This document shows, in pieces, positions 50,800-64,000 of a stretch of 64,000 nucleotides of DNA (position 1 is its first letter; each line of letters begins with the position of its first letter). The DNA is from Octopus sinensis (lineage: Eukaryota), in NCBI RefSeq assembly GCF_006345805.1, contig NC_042999.1, positions 96,100,001 to 96,164,000 on the forward strand. Direction: 5' to 3'. The position numbers were made by a program, and so were the translations under genes. The notes under the pieces are model-generated. The model had not been told where the DNA came from, made no database searches, and saw only the letters and a program-made list of their open reading frames with translations.

Positions 50800-52039
50800 G
50801 TAAGTATTTAAACTAAACCATTTTCATTCTACTAACTTCTCCCAGCAATGATTAATTTACCCAACTTTCTAATCCCAAACCCATTAATCTGCCTGATGTT
50901 TTAATCTCAATTCACCAAAATCTCTTTTTTTCTCTCTGACTCCTAATTTTTTTTTTTTTTAATATTCTCTCTCTTTCTATTTTAGTTTAGTCTTCAACTG
51001 TTATTTTAGAAAATATTTTTTCCTGTTATTTTAGTGATTTGTATTTTCTTTTTCTTATTAAATGTTCTTTTTTATTTTGTTTTCAGATGTTTTCATAGTA
51101 TTATTTAATTTATTTTTCCTCAACATTAAAACTTTAAAACAAGCTTTAAATTCAGTTTTATTTCAGGACATTTTATCATTTTCTAAGTTTCCATAATATA
51201 ATATTTTTAAAAAAAATCAAATATTTCCATCATAAAAGTAAGCAGAACAATATTCATTAAACAACATTTTTATTTTATCAGTTTTATTTGATATCTTTCT
51301 GAGTTTTCATTTCACTCTGAAAATAAGAATCATACTAGAGATTTGAACCTCGTAACTATTCCTTTCCTACTGGTTATTTTCTCACAATTACTGTCAGAAA
51401 TGTCACTGAACTGTTAGGTAAGAACTGTTAGGTAAGACACAAGTTACTCTCTAAACTGTAGGATCTGAAACTGAATGGAATAAAAAGCTTTATGGTCTTA
51501 ATACTATTTTAATTATTTTCTTTGATTACTGAATTAGATGTCCTTTAAATCCTTATATCTAACAACTCATGATTATTTAAGTTTTGTATGAAAGTCAGTA
51601 TTGATTTTTAAACCCTTGTTTTTAATCTTTCCTTCCTTTTGATGCATCCTTATAGACAGCTGTAGTGCTGTTTCCCCACAATCTTAACTCTTGGTGTATT
51701 GAGAGTCACATAATTCTTAATACTTGGTATCTAGAAATAGCTTTGTTTTAAAATAGCTTTGTTGATAATGTATCTAGAATCCCAGTGCCTTTCAAGATTG
51801 AAGTTAGAGTGGCCTTGATTATTTACAATCATTACTTAAGAAACAATTTCTGAATGAACCACTCTGATTATCTGAGGGAAATAATAGAGTCCATACTCAA
51901 GGTGGTAATTAAAACATACAATATCCATTTAATGTGAAAGGCTAAAAGACACTTTAAGGAACTAAGTTCTGATAATATGTCTGTAGGTGTGTATGTTTGT
52001 ATACATATGTATATATGTATGTGTGAACATATATATATA

Positions 52040-52975
52040 CAGAATGACCCAAAAGTCACTAGTCCATTTCAAAATATATTAATGTGAAAATTTAATTAAA
52101 AAAAGTGTTATTATATTTCAGAATATAATAACCCATTTTTATTAAACTTTTACATGTATTCTTTTATAAACAATAGATATACTTCTCGGAAAACTTTTTA
52201 ATTAGTTTTGAAAATTATGTCTCTTTGAATGGCCATCATTTCATTTTTGACAAAGGTGAGCCCTTTCAAAAGAGTACTTCATCACTATTTCTGATGTTTC
52301 TTGGCTTATTCCTTCAATTTTTTTGCCTGAAATTGCTGGATTGTCCGAGGTTATACTGGTATACTGTGTCTTTCAGATATTCCCACAAGAAAATGTCTGG
52401 TACCATTAAATCAGGTGAGCATGAGGGCCAATTGAATTTAGAGTTTCTTTATCCAGGCAGCATATTCTAATTGTACCCAATAATCTGCTGGCCTCAGTTC
52501 CTGCATGAGCTGCATTTTTTATGGGAAAAAATTCAGTATCCTTTAAATCCTCTGTTGTGAGATATGTGATATGCCCCACTGAGGGATATGCCCCTTTGGG
52601 CTGATGGTGATGGGTCTTCTTCAGTGCTCTGCTGTACATGCTGAATGTTGTTCTGAGACTTTTCTGAATGTGGCCTTCCTACATGTAATAAATCAACCAC
52701 AACCTCTTGTTGTTCAAATCACTGGTATGAGTTCAGTACCACTTGTTTAGATGGTTGTTGGCTGACCTGATAATGATGAATGTAAGTGCTTTGGATTAGT
52801 ACAATTGTTTGTTGATTTTTGTAGATAAGATTTAATTATTTTTATTTGTTGCTCTGATGTGAATTTCTCTGATTATTTTCCAAGAATTACATGTTAATAA
52901 TCTGAAAAAAAAAGACTAAAACTTAATTGTAAAAATGTTATATAGGTCTAGTGATTTTTGGGCCCCCCCCCCCAC
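52040..52975 (-). mobile_element. Internally deleted Tc1/mariner-superfamily element
   Basis: Terminal inverted repeats cagaatgacccaaaagtcactagtcc / ggtctagtgatttttgggcc, with TA at the left end. Minus-strand remnants include FFP.KMQLMQEL and WPSCSPDL..PDIFLWEYLKDTVY. Confidence 0.75.
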
Positions 52976-53296
52976 ATATATATGTATGTGTGTATTCTTT
53001 TATTTTCTTAGTTCCAGTTGATGGACTGGAGCACTACCTTATGTGTGTGTGTGTGTATGTGTGTGAAGAAATTGTAGTCAACAAGGAGTACAGTTGGATA
53101 ATTATTTTTTAATCACTATAATTGTTTCCACCCAACGTGGTTTTCCAAAAATACAGGTATTTGATTATACAACTGTTTGTTTGCATAATGAAATCTGGTT
53201 GTGTTTCTCCAGGTAATAGTCAAGTGTTGTAGTCTTCCACATTCCTAATGGAATATACCATAACTATATATATATATGATGATGATGATGATGATG

Positions 53297-53733
53297 AATT
53301 AAGGTAGCCAGATGCAATTCCAAACCAAAAAGGAAATAATTCACATTCCCTAAAATGTGACGAAGAGTGCAGGGAGCATCAGCATTGCTAAAAATAAGAG
53401 TCAAAGAACTCTCTATCCACAGAAGCACATTTTCTATTTACTGCCAGAGGAGACAACCTCCCCACCACAGTTCAGTGGCATTAGATTGGCATGCCAATTT
53501 CACATGAAATTTAATGCTCATCATTAATGTTTACCCACTGTCAGTGATGAAGCTGAATCCTACCCTGTCATTGTATATAGATTTTACCTAAGGAATCAGT
53601 GGCTGATTCCACAAAATCATAATGTGAAAATAATAAAATAATTAAGGTGCCTAGATGCAATTCAAAACCAAAAAGGAAATAATTCACCGTCACTAAAATT
53701 TGACGAAGCGTGCAGAGAGCATCATCATTGCTA
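53297..53733 (+). repeat. Two about 94-bp direct repeats (53297-53390 and 53640-53733), 343-bp period
   Basis: aattaaggt..c.agatgcaatt..aaaccaaaaaggaaataattcac...ctaaaat.tgacgaag.gtgcag.gagcatca.cattgcta occurs twice. Confidence 0.85.
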
Positions 53734-54094
53734 TGCCTTGAGATGTTTAGTCAATCAAATAAATTCTAGTATTTATTATTTTAACATCTAGTACTAATTC
53801 TATTATTCTTTTTTACCGAATAGATTATTAATGACGATGTAAACCAACGAACATAGTACTTGTAATGTTTTAGGATATTGAAAGATGTATAACTGTAAGT
53901 GTATTGCTTGTGATATGTTGGAAATTTAATGTCAGCTAATGGTGAAGACTAAGCACAAATGAATTGTCAGTCTGTTTAGGTACTGAATGCAAGGTTTTCT
54001 TGGCAAAAGAACTAGGGTTGTTGTGCCTTTTTATGACTGTATGGTAGTGAACAAAATAAACAAAAATGCATAAAATTTCTGAAGTTTCTTTCAT

Positions 54095-54303
54095 TATTGG
54101 ATTGGCAGAAATTACAGCATCAGACAAAATACCTTGTGGCATTTTTTGGCTAATTATATTCCAAGTTCAAATCCCAGTGAGGTCAACATTTCTTTTCATC
54201 CTTCCAGGATCAATTAAATAAAGTACTAGTCAAGTTCTAGGGTTAATTTAATTGCCTGTCTTCATCCCTTGACAACATGGCCTTGTGCTTGTGTTATAGA
54301 AAT
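54095..54303 (+). mobile_element. Decayed tRNA-derived SINE family B
   Basis: tggcagaa...agttcaaatccc...ttttcatccttccaggatcaattaaataaagtactag core. Confidence 0.65.
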
Positions 54304-57300
54304 TTCCAGTTCTTATGAAGTGCAAATCTGAAAACATACCTAGAAACCTTTATTTAGCAATAAATAAATGCAGTTTTTCTGTTACTGGACTCAATGGATA
54401 TGCTATTTCTTTTCAAGGCAGGAAATATCACTATAATGTTTAAACTGTTACTGATACTCCCTCAATTTTGCTTATAAAATCTTAAGAACAAATGTAGCAC
54501 CATTTGACTTTTCTTAACTCTATATCTATTTAAGAGTACCAAGTCTATCATTTTTGAAATATCAAACAAATAAGTAAAAGGAAATTTTGAGGAAATGTTA
54601 TAGCTGAGCTGCTGCTTCAATTCTACTAAGACAAACAAAAATCATCTACATTAATCCTTTTGATACCTAACTGCCTGAGAGTACCTCACATGGGATGCCA
54701 ACTTCCTGTTTAAAGTTATCTAAATTTAAATCCTGCCATCAAAATTTCATGTTAAGTTATATTTCAATCACCAGCTTAATGATGATAAAATCATTTTACC
54801 AAATTCTTCATTAATTTCAAAAGTAATTGAAGCAAAATCAGTTATTTCAGTAACAAAAGGGTTAATCATCTTGTATAACAGTCATATTTAGTCTTAGTAT
54901 TTATTTTGTGGTGCTATATGATTATGCATTGGAGATATTTCAAAATATATCAATAATTTTTATAATAAATTTTAATCTAAGTATCAAAGTTTACACATTA
55001 TAATGCTGATACTTTAAAATATTCGAATTACTTCAACAGATACTAGTTAACTCTAGTTACAAAATATTAATGTTAATATAGTGTGTGCTGCAGTTAACAT
55101 ATAACACAAATAATCTGGCCATTTGTATAAATCCATGTAGACTTACATTTTTATGACTTGTGAGGAAGATTCAAAGATTTCATTGTTTAATTCAGAAACT
55201 ATGAAAGTAACTTCAAAGATAGCTAAAGATCCTGAGGCAGCAACCAAGTCCTAGTCAAACAGTTTGCAGTATTATAATGGTTATATAAATTCTACTCATT
55301 CATATTTATTTACATAAATATATCTGTATAAATTAAATAAATTTAAAGTTGAGTAAGCAATGTAAAAATAAGCATAGCAGTCACATGTTCTCATATAGTG
55401 TCTCTTAGATACTTACACAATCACAATTTCTGTTTGCCTGCATTGTCAGTCTCACACATAGAATCCTGCAGCTATTAAGTGAACTGAATCTTCTTTGTCA
55501 AATCAAAGAGAAGCTGATCGTCATTTAACTACTTCTTATTCTTTTATTAATTTTTATGGTTCCTTTCTTTCCTACCTGACTAGCTTTTCACTTCTCTCTC
55601 ATTTGGCCAATCTAACCCTCTAATGTATACATTGCTAGCTAAACATCAACACAGTTTCTTACCTGTTTCTGAACCTAGCTTTGAGATATAAAAGTTGACA
55701 GTGAGACTGTCCTAAATTAAATCACACTATTTGCTATAGCTACCTACCATTTCACTTATTGATTGCAACTTCTACCTAAAACTCTAAATGTGTTTTAATT
55801 TCTCACCCTTTCTGTTAATCCAAATCTTACTCCTCATGTGTGTAGAGAAGGGGACATATGTGTATATTTCTATTTTACTCTTAGCTGTAATTTCATTTGG
55901 CCTATTTACTACTTTTGAGAAATTTTTATCAATTCCTCTACCATATATTGATGTAAGGTTGGAGGTCCTAGTAAGAAATTCAGTTCAACCCACATCAGTT
56001 TTCCAGGTTAACAATATAATAAATATCTTGATTAGACTGTTTATATTGATAGAAATTGTTCTGTAACAATCTGTCATCAACAAAAATTAGACAATTTTAG
56101 AAATTCTACATCAACTATTTGATAGGAGAGATGATGTAATGTTTGCAGGCATTTGCATCATACTTTGTAATATCTACAAAAACTTTGTCTTAAAATCTTA
56201 TAGTTCATAAGCAATATTTATATGATACCATTTTATCATATTTTATATCTATTATCTTCTTGCCTTTTACATACTATAGTACTTTCATTACAGTTAGTTT
56301 GATGCTTAATATGTGGTCAAATAGAATATCTTTATATTGTGGTAAAAATAAATCACAAAAACCTAAGTACATTAAAAATTATTAACATTGACTAGATTGT
56401 TGTCAATATCACTAAGTAATTATATCTGTAGATGGTAAAATCTTTCTGTATGAAAAACAGTATGATACTGAAAAGCATCATCTATTATGCTTATCTGTAC
56501 AAAGAATACTGGATTAAAATACACTCAGGCATAAGTTTATCATTAACTTTTGACAAATATGTAAATTGAAATGGATAAACTTGTTTTATTCAGGCCAAAA
56601 CATTATAACTTGATTAAAATTTCAGTTATCTAAATCTGTTTCATTTGCAAGATTTCTGCTGTTTGCTTGATTTATGAAAAATGCAACCCTAAAATAAAAT
56701 ATTGCAAGTTTCACACAGGTTTATTCTTTTGATTGATATGTGATGAGTCTGTAGTTTTCTTCAAAGTTATACATAATAAAATGTCTCTATACAACAATTA
56801 ACAAAAATCTGAGAATGTTTAATTGAAATCCTTTTCATATCAAAAGTGTTTAAGGTTCCTATCTTCCTATTTTATTGAACTAGCAGAAACACTATATTGT
56901 AATAAAAATATACATTTCACGTGTGTGTGTGTTGATATGTATGCATGTATAAAGGTAATTTTAAATCATATAATTCTTGATATACAAACATGATTATCAT
57001 GGCTAGAATGCCTTTCATGATTGCTGTAAGTTTTTATGACAGATTTGAGAATACACAACAAAGTTTAGTTTGAGACAATGAGGGAATGCCTCTGCATAGA
57101 AACTTGATCTGCTGGCAATTGCAAGCAAATGTTTTTCTAATCACATACCTCCACCTTAAATTAAGAAAAAACACATTTGATAAGTCACTATTATGTAATA
57201 AACAAAAACAGAAAGGACAACAAATATTGTATCAATTTATTACTGAGACAAAGGAATAAAAGATTAGATCAGCAACAGCAATTTTACATATGTTTTTTCA

Positions 57301-57366
57301 ATACTTGCATGGCTTGTATGAGTCCTTTCAAAGTACTGTATCTAAATTAAAAAAACACTCACACAC

Positions 57367-57407
<41 letters not shown>

Positions 57408-58259
57408 GCACACACACACAATCATTTATGTATAGCAAGCCAGAAACAGATGACATACATACTTGAGAATTAAAGAGCAAAGATCAATATTATTTGAAAA
57501 ATCTTATTTATATTGTGATAAATTAAAATCAAGAGAAAATGACAGAAAAGCAATTGTTTTACCAACCCAAAGCAGGAATTTATTGAAATAGAAAGAATGA
57601 TAAGGCAAACTGAACTAAGTCTGAAGTATTTACAAAGTTGAAAATCATTGATTAATGCAGATACATTGATTTCTACAGCACACACAAGCAGATATGATAA
57701 CCAATAGGCATGTACATATTTCTGCACCTGTTCAAAGTTTTATATTCTCAGATGTTTTGAATAGAATAACAGTGTTTGAAGATTTTTGCTTCTAGTTCTA
57801 TGGTTTTAAATTTGTCTACAATTAAGTAATCCCTATGCAATATTTATATATATATATATAAACAAATAAAATTATGATAACTTCTTTTATTTGCTACAGA
57901 GGCATTTAATGAGGGGGATATTACAAGGATAGTCTACAATTTGTGTATGTGATTACATAAAAACTGACTTGGGTTAAAAGGGAAATAGGAGACTTGAGTA
58001 AACGGTATACCTATGTCATTCCTTCATAGTAAGTCTGTTTTTCCATACTTGCACGTTTTAGGTGAACGTGTTATTTGAGGCATTATTTTATGGAGGGATA
58101 TCCTTCCTGACACTATTCCTTACATGTTTTTCAAGCAAGGGATCTACTTAGCTTTGAAGGCACAAAGTGACTGACTGATTTATTGACAGGAGAACTGACA
58201 ACACTTCAACTGCAGATGTAAACAATAACACAGATACACATGCATGCACACACATGCAG

Positions 58260-58289
<30 letters not shown>

Positions 58290-58298
<9 letters not shown>

Positions 58299-58400
58299 CC
58301 TTTCAGTTCTCATCTAAAAAAATCCATTCACAAGGATTTGATCAGCTTAGGACTATAGAAATAGACATTTTTCCTAGATGCTGCTCATTAAGACTGAAAC
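58290..58400 (-). mobile_element. Decayed SINE family A fragment
   Basis: tttcagtt...atccattcacaaggatttgatcagc...ctatag matches 40190-40255. Confidence 0.5.
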
Positions 58401-61039
58401 CAAAACCCTTCATCTTATTTTTACTAAAGGACAGAAATTATATATGTATAATTATATTTATAGTATTTCATATGGAGTAAATGATTAAAAAGTCAAATGC
58501 AGGAATTAGGATAAATAATCTAAACCTTTTAAATTTTACTGTCATAGTATAGCCTACTGAACCCTAACTTATCAGTTAACAAAGGTTTTTACATTTTGAG
58601 AAAGAGTTATGAATCACTTCTTTAGGCCAGTATTATCTGTATGATTATAAAATAAAATGACCAGCTTAGGGAAATATAACAGATGGGACAGTGACATGAA
58701 TTTGAGTAAGTAAGTAGTTATGTACAAAATGCTATGCAATATGAACTTTCGATTTATTGGAATTCCCCTAATTTGCATTCTAGTTATTCTCTTCACTTCT
58801 TTTACTTTTGCCACAACTTTGTAAAATTAAAGAAAATAAAGTTACTTATCTATAAAATCCACAATATATGGCAGATATCAACATGTATATCAAATAAATG
58901 CATCTACAGCTATAATTGTAGATATTTCTAGAAGCAGTGTGGGTTTTATTAGATTGAAGAGATGGCAACACCCCCTGTCCACTTTTGTGTTATTATTATA
59001 ATCAGTTTTTTTCTATCTTCAGTTTGAATTCTATCATTGGGGAAATACACTATTCTTTTTTAAAATTATTCACAGGTTTTGCCATAGTGACCGAAGAGTA
59101 TTAATTGGCATTGCTAATTGTAGACCATATCCTCTGTATTACTTTTCAAATTCATCTCAACAAGAATTGGGCATAAAAAATTTTTAATTAAAAAAATTTC
59201 TTTTTAAAACAGAGAAATCCATGATGTTTGTAATTTCTGTCATCCTTAAAACCTTTGCAAGAGTATTACAATAAGGAACTCAGTTAACATGAATGTAATA
59301 TATTATTTCAGTGAGCATTAGTAAAGATTTATATAACAATTGCTACAGTAGAATCAGTCTTGTTGAGATATTTAGGGATATGATAAAAGAATGATCCTCC
59401 CAGTGACATTCCATGCCAGATATTCAGAAATTTGATATAAGAAATGAAACATCATTTTTATAACATCTTGTTTCATGAAGTTTTTCAGATTTATAGTGAA
59501 AATGACAATGATGAAACTTATTATTATTGCTGTTGTTGTTAATAATTGTTTTAGTTACTATGATTTTATCATTCATGTTGCACTTTATAAGTTATATTAA
59601 TATATATCACTCACTTAACTTGAATAGTTTTTCTAAATCATTTATATAAGTCTAGAAATTACATCAATCATTTAACTTGTTCTTTCTTATGCCTTGCCAC
59701 CAGATAAACAATACCTACTCTGGTATTGATCTTCAGTTTCTTATTTCATACAGCTCACAAGCTAGATTTTTAAAACTTATCTTTCATTACTTTAACACCA
59801 GCACATAAGGCTTTGTTGAATTCTCTCAAACTTTCATGTTTTTCTCACAAAAGTAAAACAATATGAATAATCAATATCCTATGTTAACACTAGTTTTCAA
59901 TACAGCAAAATCCATCACGATTTTCTTTTATTCTAACACATTTTTTGTCTTTATGTTACAGTACATATGCTTCTTGCCTTATCTAAATAAGAAAAGACAA
60001 TACAACATTATTATTACCTCTTTATATACATATCTTAACAATTTCTTATTAGAATAATACTGTACATCATAGTTCATAATATAGTCAAAATTATTTACTT
60101 CAGTTATTATGGCAGTTGTTTTATTCTTAATGTGTTTTATTATCTAAGCTATTAACCAATTTGTATAGTTTTATAGTTATGGTGGTCAAGGTTTAATTCT
60201 TCATAGTTATGTTTCCCTTGACCACTTAGATTTTTACTTCCATTTTATTATATTTTCACCAAATTCTCCATCTTCTATATTTGTAATTATTTTTATATTG
60301 TCCTATAATACAGAAATCTATTTGTTTATTTGTGTAGATTTCATGATTTTAAAATTATTTCTCTATTTTCTGTGCCAAATTCCAATTCCATTAATTCTGT
60401 CTGTTTCCTGTGCATGAAATTCCCTTTGAATATTTGTTTAACAATGAAATATTTTAAAATCTTTTGCAGTGAATTCAATGTGTCACAAATCCTGTCTGTG
60501 GGATTACTCTGCAATTTCTGGCCATCACTAGATACATATCAAATAAATCTCAACTGACTCATTGTTCCATTCTCACCGTGAAATCAGATTCATGCCATTA
60601 CCTTGATTGTGTCAACATCAAAGAAATATTCTCACTTCATTCTGTACTGCATCTACAAGCTTGACATTATCCAACATATCATCATTAACAATTGTTCCTA
60701 TATCCTATTCTATTTCTAACCAATTAACCTCATTAGACACCTTTGAATTCTAACCAGTTCATACAATGATCCAATTACTTTATGACTTCCATCTTTTATA
60801 GTTTCCAAAGAGTATTTCATAAAACTCCTTTCATTTATTGAGTTATGTAATTATTTGCTAGAATTCTTCTCACATATCAGTCTTTCACTAAAGTTTTGCA
60901 TGGGATTCATTGGTTGCTTTTACTTCTCATTTATAACCTGTTCTCTCCATTATTTATTTAACATTCTTTAATCATTAAGTTTACATTGTTGAGTCCAAAT
61001 AATGATAGCATAAACTTTTATCATCATCATCATCATTAT

Positions 61040-62235
61040 TTGATGGATTTGTGGAATCATTAGAGCATTGAATCTTGTGGCATTTGTTCCAATTCTTTAC
61101 ATTCAGTGTTCAAGTTCCACAAAGCCAGCTTTACCTTTCATCCTTTCAGGGTCTATAAAATAAAGTATCAGACATGCACAAGGGTTGATAGTATTGACTA
61201 AACTCTCCCCTCAAATCTTTGCACCCTGCAACTAAATTAGAAATATCATCATCATCATTATTATGATCATTATTATTATTATTATTATTATTATATGAAA
61301 ACTCACAGCATATTTTGCTGAGTATGATGGAAAGTGTCAGCTGTCCACCAGCCAGCAGACTAAGGTGACATTTGTTTACTGGTTGTGCTTCAAGAACCAT
61401 GCATTATCATTATCATCATCATCATCATCATTATTGTATGTAAGGCAGCAAGCTGGCAGAGTCATTAGTACACCAGATGAAATGCTGAGTAGCATTAGTC
61501 CATCTTTATGTTCTGAGTTAGAATTCTGTTGAGATTAACTTTGCCTTCCATCCATTTTTTTGGGGGGAGGGGGGTCAATAAAATAAGTAGCAGTCAAGCA
61601 CTTGGATCAATGCAATAGACTTCCTCACTCATCAAAATTGAGGCCTTGTGCTAAAAGAAGAAAGGATAATAATTACTACTATTAATATAGTTGTGGAGTT
61701 GTTGCATTTTTATGGGAAGTTGTCTGACTGAATCATTAATGTCATCATCATCATCATCATCATCTTCATCAATATTATCATTAAGGCAGCAAACTGGCAG
61801 AATCATTAGCACACTGGAAAAGTGCTTAGCAGTATTTCTTCTGACTTTGCTTTCTGAATTCAAATGATTTCATTCTTTTAGGTGCCAATGTAATCGATTG
61901 TCCCCTACCTCAAAACTTCAGCCCTTTTATTATATTGAAAAGGATTATTCAGGCAGTAAAGTGACAGATAAGTTAGCATGCCAGAAAAAATACTTAGTGG
62001 TATTTCTGCTGGCTTTACATTCTGATTTGAAATGCTGCTGAAGTCAAAGTTGCCTTTCATCCTTTCAGGTTTGATAAAATAAGTATCAGTTGAACACTGG
62101 GGTTGATGTTATGAACTATCCCTCTCCCTCAAAATTTCAGGCTTTGAACCTATTGTAGAAAGAAATCATTGTTGTTATTAGTTGTAGTATCATAGAGGGT
62201 AGTGGTTTGACAGAATCATTAGTGTCATCAACATC
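61040..62235 (+). mobile_element. Cluster of 4-5 same-orientation SINE family B copies separated by (CAT)n/(ATT)n tracts
   Basis: Copies at about 61040-61245, 61440-61660, 61782-61945, 61950-62170 and a head at about 62195. They share taaggcagc.a.ctggcaga.tcattag and tttcatcctttcagg...ataaaataagt. Confidence 0.8.
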
Positions 62236-62289
62236 ATCATTATAATTACTATTGTATATTTCCCTTCTCAGAGTTCTCGATTTCACTTG

Positions 62290-62864
62290 CTCCAGCTAAT
62301 TCTGTTGTCAAGGGTCTAACAGGGTCTTCTTCCATTATCATTAGTATTATTGAGTGAGAGAGCAGTGCATGCCATCGAAGTGGCACTGAAGTAAAATATA
62401 TGAAGCCCAGTATACCCATCATGACTGCCTGTCTGATAAAGGTACATCAGGCACATGCATCACAACCATAAGTGCGTGACATGATGATCTCATATCAAGA
62501 TAAACAGCACATTAGAATTTTCTTCGGGTCAAGTAGTCCATCCCGCTCAAAAGGTCAGCTAAATAAGAGTTAAGGATGTTGAATGAACCACCCATGTTTC
62601 CAGAGGTGAATTATTCAAACCTCTAAAAATTCCTTTCAACACATGGCTACTTCTGCTCATGATCAGAGATGCACATATCGTCAGCCACTAAGGGACATGG
62701 TCAACTGGTTATGGTCAAACAACTGACAAGCAAATCTGTGGTATTGAGCAGAATATTTGCTGTAGCCCATCTCTTATACCAAGACAAAACAATGTCCATG
62801 ATAACACTTCCAATCAGTTAAGATCAGAAGCCATGAGAGCCACTGTCTGGTACTGCATCAGGGC

Positions 62865-62868
<4 letters not shown>
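62290..62868. mobile_element. About 580-bp non-coding interspersed-repeat-like insert bounded by (TTA)n-type tracts
   Basis: Abrupt rise in GC and complexity between tattatt|gagtgag and cagggcat|(tta)n. No ORF. The repeat assignment is from recollection of octopus sequence, not from a second copy in this window. Confidence 0.5.
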
Positions 62869-62910
<42 letters not shown>

Positions 62911-64000
62911 AGCATGATAAGCCTTATGGCCATTATTATCATTATTTTTATCATACATATCTTTTATTCTTATAGCAATAATTGCTTTAATCATCATATA
63001 CATCACATTCTTTATTATCATTGTTACTTACTGGCAAGTGTCAAAAAGTAGAGGTAAGTTCTCAGTGAATTGAATCTGGAGTCTGGTTTCAATTCCTGAT
63101 TCGAACCATTTCACTTTACTTATGACACAAATGCCCTTGGAAAGGTATGAATGTCACCACTTTCCATTTCATTTTCCTAAACTGCTCAGGCTTTATCTTC
63201 ATAAAAATATCAGTTATTGTATCATTATTAATTTGTTAATTTAGTTTTCAGCTTCAGGATAACTACAAGTGATATCAGTTTACACTTGATGTTAGTTGTG
63301 AGATAAAATTAATGACAGAATCAGTGATCGATTTAAGGATCGGAATTATTGATAGAGAAGCCAACTAGAATTTCTATCTTGATTATTATTATTTTTTTAA
63401 TTTATGATTTAAATTGCTCAATTATGCTGGCTGATATACATTATTTTAGGACCTTTATGCAGGTAGATTGTGTTTGAATATAAATTGCTATGCTAATAAT
63501 TTCTTTACAAATAGCATTGTCTACAGAAATATTTAGCAGCTGTATGATGCCTCCCAGCTTTTAAAGGCTTTTTATTTGGCTGTGTCACCTGGCTTTATCA
63601 GAGTCAGCTAAAACTGAAAATATCAAGATATTTGAAACCAAAATTAATTTTTAAGACTCTAAGCTAAAAAAATATGATTTATCTTATTCTCAAACTGAGG
63701 CAGATGTGGAGTCATGTTTACTTCAGTTTATTGATATAAAGCTGCAGTTAAAAAGAATAGAATATTTTCAGATTGATAATAAAATTATTTATCTGTTCTG
63801 TTTTCTGTTAACTTGAAATTTGGATAAAATTATTTGCTTTTCATTTTATTTCTGTGGAAATGAAAAAAGAACTCAAAATATGTGTTCTGCTTTCTTTGAA
63901 ATTCCTCTAGAAAGAAGACTTCCTGTCAATGTTGTTCTTGTTATCATTAAGCAAAGCATGTTAAATAAGCAATTTATTCAAATTTATTTTCTCATTGCAT

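Noticed and set aside
57900-57945. Possible next sif exon after ttgctacAG
   Set aside because: Translation (EAFNEGDITRIVYNL) does not resemble the expected PH continuation (..DG.I.Q..PEHPKR..IF.LST.FGDAYLFQ).
62600-62720. Minus-strand CUGACGA as a hammerhead core
   Set aside because: No stem II closing onto GAAA and no stem III/UH site could be built. Other isolated CTGANGA matches (for example about 2167, 9205, 19755, 32255) failed in the same way.

Overview
AT-rich, microsatellite- and transposon-dense animal DNA. The SINE/LINE repertoire and gene layout suggest an octopus or other coleoid cephalopod (inference, not proven). The only host-gene coding sequence I can support is two + strand exons of a still life (sif)/TIAM1-like Rac GEF gene: 38830-38933 and 50630-50799. 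They splice in frame across an 11,696-nt intron to give ...[47 protein letters not shown]..., the start of the N-terminal PH domain. No neighbouring exon was recognised in the 38.8 kb upstream or 13.2 kb downstream. The rest is intronic or intergenic, with decayed mobile elements. DNA transposons: a full-length D,D34D mariner, mariner deletion and fold-back derivatives, a Tigger/pogo remnant and MITEs. Retroelements: two RTE families (one carrying a PHD finger), CR1-group, Tx1/L1-like and R4/Dong-like LINEs, two back-to-back Gypsy 3' ends with LTRs, and several SINE families. The most interesting non-obvious signal is a set of type-I hammerhead ribozyme motifs of the Penelope/retrozyme kind: an inverted pair at about 411-508 (-) and 676-774 (+), a third in sense orientation inside the sif intron (about 40370-40475), and a dead fourth at about 27470-27517 (-). 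Coordinates and identities were read by eye; no alignment, folding or database search was run.
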